A DNA stretch of 64,000 nucleotides from a virus. Shown here piece after piece: positions 9,467-15,242 of this stretch. Under the pieces are notes generated by a model, which was not told where the DNA came from, did no database searches, and saw only the letters and a program-made list of their open reading frames with translations. The stretch lies in IMG/VR virus record IMGVR_UViG_2974694605_000001, positions 20,294 to 84,293 of that record. One strand, written 5' to 3'. Each line of letters starts with the position of its first letter. Within the stretch, counting starts at the first letter, position 1. The position numbers were made by a program, and so were the translations under genes.

Positions 9467-9539
9467 GGTTCTATAGCTTAGATGGTAAAGTCCTCTGCCC
9501 ATAACAGAGTTAACGCAGGTTCAAGCCCTGCTAGAACCA
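9467..9539 (+). tRNA. tRNA with CAT anticodon (Met or lysidine-Ile), no encoded CCA
   Basis: GGTTCTA/TAGAACC acceptor, D-loop with GG, CTCTG-CCCATAA-CAGAG anticodon arm, GCAGG-TTCAAGC-CCTGC T-arm. Confidence 0.88.
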
Positions 9540-9587
9540 TTCCCAAAAGGGAAAATAGAAAGATAGACAGAAAGAGAGGTACTAACC

Positions 9588-9818
9588 ATGATTTTAAAAT
9601 ATGGAGTACATAACGGTAAAGGAGAAACAGTTGTTTATATCAAAGACAACATTACAAGTGTAGAGGAGATTGAAGGAAGTCATTCACCAATCTTCCACCA
9701 TTATAGTGGAGATAAAACTCATACATACTTTGGAGATATCCTTGATAATAAAGAAATTATCTTTATGTATTTGATGAATGATGATTTCAAAACAATTAAA
9801 ATTTATAAGAAGGCTTAA
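9588..9818 (+). CDS. hypothetical protein
   Basis: GAGG RBS. Confidence 0.65.
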   Translation: MILKYGVHNGKGETVVYIKDNITSVEEIEGSHSPIFHHYSGDKTHTYFGDILDNKEIIFMYLMNDDFKTIKIYKKA

Positions 9819-9820
9819 AC

Positions 9821-10210
9821 ATGAAACGTATAAAAACACAGACCGTATTATTTGATGTAGACGAAGTGAAAGCATTGACAGGTTTTACTTTAAAAAATTC
9901 ATGGGGAAATTATATTCTTGAACATGAAAAATATGGAGTTATCCATGATGTCATTGAAGATGAAGATGAAAATGGAGAATATTTTACAGAAAATCAGTTA
10001 TTTAAGTATTATATGGCTGAGTTAGAAGATACCTTAAGACATTATATTCATCAAAACTTTAGTCGTGATTATTTCCATATAGTACAAAATGGTCAATTTG
10101 AGTACGATACTCGTGGATATACTATTCAATTCCACTCTGATAATAAAGTTTCAGTATATTTTATCCTCGAAGAAGATGACTGTTGGGAGATAACTGACAG
10201 TGGGAAATAA
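9821..10210 (+). CDS. hypothetical protein
   Basis: ORF track, follows upstream stop by 2 nt. Confidence 0.7.
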   Translation: MKRIKTQTVLFDVDEVKALTGFTLKNSWGNYILEHEKYGVIHDVIEDEDENGEYFTENQLFKYYMAELEDTLRHYIHQNFSRDYFHIVQNGQFEYDTRGYTIQFHSDNKVSVYFILEEDDCWEITDSGK

Positions 10211-10252
10211 AGATGCTTTAAGATGACTATGTATAATATGTAAGGAGAAAAT

Positions 10253-10447
10253 ATGGATACAACAACTGCATTAAAAATAACAGTAACAGCTGTTATTGGG
10301 TATCTCTTTGAGTATGGATGGTATAAGAGTGTCGAGTGGATTTCTGAATGGAATTATACATGTGGAATGATATGGTTATTAGTGACATTTGCTATACAAT
10401 TATTTTTAGTTCTTAAATTTACTGATGATTTTCTTGATTTTTTTTGA
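10253..10447 (+). CDS. small membrane protein
   Basis: AAGGAG RBS; two hydrophobic segments. Confidence 0.65.
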   Translation: MDTTTALKITVTAVIGYLFEYGWYKSVEWISEWNYTCGMIWLLVTFAIQLFLVLKFTDDFLDFF

Positions 10448-10456
10448 AGTTTATAC

Positions 10457-10485
10457 TTGACAAATAATAAATAATATGGTATAAT
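10457..10485 (+). promoter_or_regulatory. sigma70-type promoter
   Basis: TTGACA-17-TATAAT. Confidence 0.85.
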
Positions 10486-10510
10486 ATATATATAACGTAA
10501 GGAGAGAAAC

Positions 10511-10936
10511 ATGATAAAAAACATCGAATATCAAACAATGGTAGAAGAAATCATTCTAGGTCGCATTGTTGTTATCGTTCCAGATAACATGCAAGATTAT
10601 TCTAGATTAAATAAAAAGTTAATTAATGATGGAGTTCATTATGCAAATCTATGGCTTGACTTACATATGCCAAAAGACAGAATTAACATAATTAAATTAA
10701 GCACATGTAATGGTCGTGAAAAACTTAAGCTTAAACCATTAACATTCTTAGTTGTTACAGACCCTTATACTATGGAAGCTCTTGAAGTATATGGAAATAA
10801 GAGTGATATTCTATATGTAGGTATGGATGGGAAAGGTAATTTATTAGATGTAACAGATAATTTAGAGTATATTTACGACAAATTCTTTCAACCATTTCAA
10901 TACCTTGACGAAGTTCGAGGAGATTTGGAAGATTAA
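10511..10936 (+). CDS. hypothetical protein
   Basis: AAGGAG RBS. Confidence 0.7.
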   Translation: MIKNIEYQTMVEEIILGRIVVIVPDNMQDYSRLNKKLINDGVHYANLWLDLHMPKDRINIIKLSTCNGREKLKLKPLTFLVVTDPYTMEALEVYGNKSDILYVGMDGKGNLLDVTDNLEYIYDKFFQPFQYLDEVRGDLED

Positions 10937-10967
10937 TTTATATGAAAAATATGGAGAGGACTTGGAA

Positions 10968-11213
10968 ATGAATTTAAAAATTAAAGTTACAGTATCTTAT
11001 TCAAGATATGACATGGATGATTTTAATGACGGTAGCAAAATAGACTTTGTCGTTGATATACCAATGAAACGTATCAAGGATAAAAATAAGTTAATAGAAG
11101 ATATATCTTGTTTTTGTAGTGAAACAGCAAGAAATTTGCTTATTGCAAACGATATTGAGTTCAGAGAATATATGATTCGGACTGAATATTTAGAGAAATT
11201 AATGCCAGTATAA
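10968..11213 (+). CDS. hypothetical protein
   Basis: GGAGAGG RBS before ATG 10968. Confidence 0.6.
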   Translation: MNLKIKVTVSYSRYDMDDFNDGSKIDFVVDIPMKRIKDKNKLIEDISCFCSETARNLLIANDIEFREYMIRTEYLEKLMPV

Positions 11214-11241
11214 AATAATTTAAAAAATTTCAACTTTATGC

Positions 11242-11270
11242 TTGACATTATATCTGAAATATGATATAAT
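11242..11270 (+). promoter_or_regulatory. sigma70-type promoter of tRNA-Arg/tmRNA unit
   Basis: TTGACA-17-TATAAT. Confidence 0.85.
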
Positions 11271-11290
11271 ATTAATATAGAGTTGATAAC

Positions 11291-11364
11291 GTTCGGTTAG
11301 CTCAATTGGATAGAGTATTCGCCTTCTAAGCGAAAGGTTATGAGTTCAAGCCTCATACTGAACA
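11291..11364 (+). tRNA. tRNA-Arg(TCT), no encoded CCA
   Basis: GTTCGGT/ACTGAAC acceptor; TTCGC-CTTCTAA-GCGAA anticodon arm; T-arm ATGAG-TTCAAGC-CTCAT. Confidence 0.92.
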
Positions 11365-11492
11365 TTGTAATTAAATTACATGATTTCTTTATTAGATTAA
11401 ATAAAGTGGTGGATGTACAGATGAATCTGTAACGTACACATGGGTTGGAGGTACGGTAAGTAGTGTAGCTTATCGCTCAACCATTTTATTAA

Positions 11493-11839
11493 GGGGTCAT
11501 AAATGGTATCGACAGGCTATGGCAACTTTAAATCACATTCCGACAAGGATAGTCGTTAAAACCAAAAATAAATATAATTGCAAACACTCAATTAGCCGTA
11601 GCCTAAGCTACACAAAGTTTAAGTAATTAAACAGCTAGAAACTGATTCGTCTGGTAGGTTTCTAGTACAAACAGACGTGTGATGGATTCTGATAAGTCAC
11701 AGATAACAATCAGAACAGCGTTAGTGGATAGTTGTTTATTCAAGAAACTAACAATGTCTATTAAATGAATAAACTATGAATGTAAGAAAGTTTTAAAGTA
11801 TGTATAGTTTGGACACGAGTTCGACTCTCGTTGACTCCA
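11493..11839 (+). ncRNA. ssrA: tmRNA (transfer-messenger RNA); tag (A)ANTQLAVA at 11580-11606
   Basis: 5' GGGGTCA...ATCGACAGG; 3' T-arm ACGAG-TTCGACT-CTCGT then TGACTCC-A; G3.U70 Ala determinant; resume context ATAATT|GCA; 347 nt. Confidence 0.92.
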
Positions 11840-11881
11840 TCATGTTTTTAAAACATATTTAAAAAACATATTACTTTATAC

Positions 11882-11910
11882 TTGACAAACATTAAAAAAT
11901 ATGTTATAAT
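11882..11910 (+). promoter_or_regulatory. sigma70-type promoter of ncRNA island
   Basis: TTGACA-17-TATAAT. Confidence 0.85.
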
Positions 11911-11982
11911 AGTATATGTAATTGGTTGGTGTCGGTATTTCTTATAAGTTTTAATGACACGTTTTATAAACCAACCAATCTC

Positions 11983-12070
11983 AGAGAGTTAGCTTAGTGG
12001 TAAAGACGATGACGGTGTACACCGTAAAAACGGAAAGTCATAGACAGGGGTTCGATTCCTCTACTCGCTG
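11983..12070 (+). ncRNA. tRNA-like RNA with 23-nt anticodon loop
   Basis: acceptor AGAGAGT/ACTCGCT, D-loop AGTGGTA, ATGAC/GTCAT stem with 23-nt loop, T-arm AGGGG-TTCGATT-CCTCT. Confidence 0.7.
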
Positions 12071-12266
12071 TAGATAAGATAGTAACACGAGTCTTATCGT
12101 CCCTCGCGGATGACATCTGGCGAGCTATCAAAATTTAGAGGTGCTTAGGAAAATAATAAAGATAGTCCTAATTGTTAAATGAGTAAAGCTATCCAAGTTG
12201 ACAGTAACTAACAGCCTTTTATTTATTATATGTCAGTGAACCTTTAACGTAGCTGGCATATAATAA

Positions 12267-12338
12267 CAGGATATAGTGTTAATGGTAGCATGCGTGTTTT
12301 GGGAACATGTAGTGCTGGTTCGAGTCCAGCTATCCTGA
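12267..12338 (+). tRNA. tRNA-Pro(TGG), no encoded CCA
   Basis: CAGGATA/TATCCTG acceptor; CGTGT-TTTGGGA-ACATG; GCTGG-TTCGAGT-CCAGC. Confidence 0.92.
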
Positions 12339-12544
12339 TGAGTGGTGTATAGTCCATAGACGAAGTGCTAAGCTATTGCGCAATACTTGGCACAACTATA
12401 CAAACATAAGAGTATGATAAATACCTGACGGGTGTAGCTACTATTTATTATAACTTCTTATGTCAGTTGCCAGAAACCTAGTGTATTAAATAGTCACGGG
12501 GTAAAGGATAGGAACAAAGACCTATTGAATAAGTGACAGCTGGT

Positions 12545-12603
12545 TAGAGTAATAGGTTGCAACAGGTCACGACTGTGGAGGGTTCGAGTCCCTTCTGCTC
12601 TGT
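12545..12603 (+). ncRNA. mini tRNA-like element (acceptor + T-arm only)
   Basis: TAGAGTA/TGCTCTG stem stacked on GGAGGG-TTCGAGT-CCCTTC; only about 24 nt interior. Confidence 0.5.
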
Positions 12604-12615
12604 TGAGGGAGCATA

Positions 12616-12657
12616 AACCTGGCGAAAAGTTATGTGGAGGAATGAACCTGGCGAAAA
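12616..12657 (+). repeat. 13-nt direct repeat AACCTGGCGAAAA x2 presented in two hairpin loops
   Basis: copies at 12616-12628 and 12645-12657, closed by GCATAA/TTATGT and ATGAA/TTCAT. Confidence 0.8.
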
Positions 12658-12662
12658 ATTCA

Positions 12663-12720
12663 TCCGATATTATGGTTAAATAAAGGACGCTTTATGTTGG
12701 TTCAATTCCAACTATCGGAT
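12663..12720 (+). ncRNA. mini tRNA-like element lacking D-stem and anticodon loop
   Basis: TCCGATA/TATCGGA acceptor, unpaired TTATGGTTAA linker, ATAAAG-GACG-CTTTAT, GTTGG-TTCAATT-CCAAC. Confidence 0.65.
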
Positions 12721-12781
12721 ATAGGTGTTGCTTATTCACCATATAATAAGCTAGAAAAGTAAGTATAGTAGGTAAATAAAA

Positions 12782-13297
12782 ATGACAAACCCAATTCTAA
12801 TCAAAGAATTAAGTTCTCAACTTAAAGAATATAGAGATGTCTTAACAGACATTATCAAGTTATCTGCACGTTCTGATGACCAAGCAAATTCAGCTAAAAA
12901 TATATTATTTCAAATATTTTATCAGACTGAATGGATGATTCAAATGTATGCTGGAAATTATGAAGAAAAACCGCATGGAGATTCAGAAGATTTAAGTTTT
13001 AAAGAAGGAAAAGTTTCTCAAAATATTGTAAAATATATTATGGATAACTTCAAAGGTATTCCACTTACAGAAGAAGGTTTGAGTAAGTTGACTAATAAAG
13101 AAAAAGAATTTTTAAAACCTTTCGAAGACCTGTTGTCTATCACCCACAGAATGATAAGGGCTGTTGTAGATTATTCAGATAGTCATTCTGAAAGTAAAAC
13201 TATAGACAGAACAGATGCACAACCTCTTAGTATTTTATATTTCATTGATTCACTGAAAGAAAGAACTATTTATGCATCACTAAAAGAAGTCTACTAA
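12782..13297 (+). CDS. hypothetical helical protein inside the ncRNA island
   Basis: 171-codon ORF with phage-like codon usage, AGG RBS. Confidence 0.65.
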   Translation: MTNPILIKELSSQLKEYRDVLTDIIKLSARSDDQANSAKNILFQIFYQTEWMIQMYAGNYEEKPHGDSEDLSFKEGKVSQNIVKYIMDNFKGIPLTEEGLSKLTNKEKEFLKPFEDLLSITHRMIRAVVDYSDSHSESKTIDRTDAQPLSILYFIDSLKERTIYASLKEVY

Positions 13298-13309
13298 TTT
13301 AGGTGACTC

Positions 13310-13790
13310 ACTACAGGTAGATTAGGCGTATGATATTATCCTTTGGTTTAAATCCATAAAGACAGGGCATAAAGCTCGACTGTGTGCCTATTGCATGCAA
13401 TAGATGACGGTTATATCTCGATACAATTGAAAGGAACTTTGAGTAGTTCGCCTTTATGGAAATGGGTTGTTAGTGTATACCGCACAAAGAAAACTATCTG
13501 TATCCGTTACTCTTGACGATATAAGAAGCTTAAAATCATGTTTGGTCTTTGCATATCCTTCCTAAAGACTAAGGTGTACCGATTGACGGTACTTAAATGT
13601 TATAGAGTTAACAGCCAATGGTTAACGAGTGGTAACAGTAGTTATTAAATGTTCAGCTGATGTAGTGAACAGCCAAACATATATTGGTCTTGATAGATAA
13701 TGTGAAGGTTATATTAGCTAGTCTATGATATAACTCAAAAAACTACTCGTACGGTACTCGATTTGTAGTTTGCCAATACACAGTTTGGTT
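13310..13790 (+). ncRNA. candidate large multi-domain structured RNA (about 480 nt)
   Basis: no ORF; three long-range closing stems (13312-20/13494-502, 13538-45/13673-80, 13682-87/13773-78), each enclosing several hairpins. Confidence 0.65.
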
Positions 13791-13867
13791 TCCCACTTCG
13801 TTTAAATATTGGAATAAGACTGCCTATTCGAGAACAGGCAACCTCGGTTCGATTCCGAGGGTGGGAA
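13791..13867 (+). ncRNA. tRNA-like RNA with 10-nt anticodon loop
   Basis: TCCCACT/GGTGGGA acceptor; TGCCT-ATTCGAGAAC-AGGCA; CTCGG-TTCGATT-CCGAG. Confidence 0.65.
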
Positions 13868-13895
13868 TTTAATTTGAAATATTATTACTTATCTC

Positions 13896-13924
13896 TTGAC
13901 AAACTCATTTGATTATGGTATAAT
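13896..13924 (+). promoter_or_regulatory. sigma70-type promoter
   Basis: TTGACA-17-TATAAT. Confidence 0.85.
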
Positions 13925-13962
13925 AATATATGTAAGTTAAAAAAACGTAAGGAGAACATAAT

Positions 13963-14070
13963 ATGGGGTGCTTAATTCCAATTGTATTAATTTTATTATT
14001 TCTAGCAAATCCAGTTTTGGGTTTAGTTGCAACAGCTATTGTATTAGCAATAGTAAGTCTTAAAAAATAA
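13963..14070 (+). CDS. 35-aa hydrophobic membrane peptide
   Basis: AAGGAG RBS; MGCLIPIVLILLFLANPVLGLVATAIVLAIVSLKK. Confidence 0.7.
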   Translation: MGCLIPIVLILLFLANPVLGLVATAIVLAIVSLKK

Positions 14071-14083
14071 GGAGAAAACACAA

Positions 14084-14740
14084 ATGACACAAAGCAAAAC
14101 ACTCACAGTGCAAGAAGCACTTAATGAACTTAAAGTTCTTGATAAACGTATTGAACGTAAACTTGGAGATACTAAATATGTAGGTGTTGTCCAAGAAGGC
14201 AAACTTGTTTATCCTGCATCATCAAAAGGTGATAAAGATAAATTCATTTCAGATGCAAAATCTAGTATTGATTCATTGCTTGATTTGATTGCTTATCGTC
14301 ATGCTTTGAAAGCTGGTGTATTACGTTCTAATGCGTTAACAGAAGTTGCAATTGGAGACAAAACAATGACAGTTGCGGAAGCAATTGATTATAAAACTTC
14401 AATCCAAAGTGAAAAAGATTTGGTTCAAACTCTTGTTAATGATTTGACTCAAGCAACAACTAAGGCAACACGTATTAATGAGGATATTGATAAGACTCTT
14501 GAAAAGAAACAAAATAGCTTGTTAAGCTCAGACAAAGACGATAAAAATCCTGATATTATTAAATTCTTGAAAGAACAAGCTGAGAGCGAAAAAGCAACAG
14601 TTCTTGAATTAGAAGTTGGTAAATCTCTTGTAAGTGATTACACCAAAGCTAAACTTGATTCAATTGAACAATTTGAACAAACAGTTGATTTCAAATTAAC
14701 TGCATCAAATGTTTCAACAGAAATTACCGTTGAGTGGTAA
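14084..14740 (+). CDS. coiled-coil protein with internal duplication (DIP1984/DUF6847-like by recall)
   Basis: AAGGAG RBS; twin motifs TLTVQEA/TMTVAEA and SNALTEVAI/SNVSTEITV. Confidence 0.8.
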   Translation: MTQSKTLTVQEALNELKVLDKRIERKLGDTKYVGVVQEGKLVYPASSKGDKDKFISDAKSSIDSLLDLIAYRHALKAGVLRSNALTEVAIGDKTMTVAEAIDYKTSIQSEKDLVQTLVNDLTQATTKATRINEDIDKTLEKKQNSLLSSDKDDKNPDIIKFLKEQAESEKATVLELEVGKSLVSDYTKAKLDSIEQFEQTVDFKLTASNVSTEITVEW

Positions 14741-14755
14741 TAATTAAGTTATAAT

Positions 14756-15131
14756 CATGTTATGACGAACAACTTAAAGTATAGATTTCCAGATAGTTCT
14801 GTTTTTCAGAGGTTCTTATAACTGGAAATAAATAATAAATATGACGAACCTCTTATACTATAATATAATATAAAAATATGATGAATCTCAAAAAGAGAGG
14901 TTATGTATTCAAGACGGTAAGGATGAGTCCTTATTCGTAGGAATAGATAAAAACTACTTCATAGATTATAGTTCAAAGCTCATGCTTTATAGCTTAGAGT
15001 TTATATCTTATATTGGACAATGAATCCAGTTATAGATTAAGTTTAAAGGATTAAGTTTTCTTAAAAATCCTAGAGTTACGTTTTGTGACTTTCTATATCA
15101 GTTTGGTTGTACGCTAGGCTGTCATAACATG
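14756..15131 (+). ncRNA. candidate structured RNA (about 375 nt) closed by an 11-bp terminal stem
   Basis: CATGTTATGAC (14756-66) / GTCATAACATG (15121-31); several internal hairpins; no ORF. Confidence 0.7.
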
Positions 15132-15135
15132 GTAA

Positions 15136-15168
15136 AATAAGAACAGCTTCGGTGGTTCTTATTTTTTT
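15136..15168 (+). terminator. intrinsic terminator
   Basis: AATAAGAAC...TTCG...GTTCTTATT + T run. Confidence 0.8.
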
Positions 15169-15179
15169 ATACTTTTCTC

Positions 15180-15208
15180 TTGACAAAACAAAATGGTTAT
15201 GGTATAAT
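15180..15208 (+). promoter_or_regulatory. sigma70-type promoter of topoisomerase operon
   Basis: TTGACA-17-TATAAT. Confidence 0.85.
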
Positions 15209-15242
15209 ATATTATAACCGATTGAAAGGAATGGTGTTAACA

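Noticed and set aside
12071-12135. Confident theta/HDV ribozyme call
   Set aside because: Could not build P1 and P2 in the required order; kept only as a low-interest finding
14750-14755. TATAAT just before the 375-nt RNA as an internal promoter
   Set aside because: No -35 at 17 bp and no TG extension; a TSS would fall inside the terminal stem
14918-14933. TAAGGATGAGTCCTTA as a hammerhead ribozyme core
   Set aside because: Lacks CUGA before UGAG and has no GAAA / cleavage-triplet arrangement
14756-15131. Type III toxin-antitoxin (ToxI/AbiQ-like) repeat array
   Set aside because: No tandem 30-60-nt repeats, the RNA lies downstream of the gene, and the protein lacks ToxN-like features
15180-15242. 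ORF-track start of gyrB at TTG 15180
   Set aside because: That TTG is the -35 box of the promoter; translation must start downstream (15231 or 15243)
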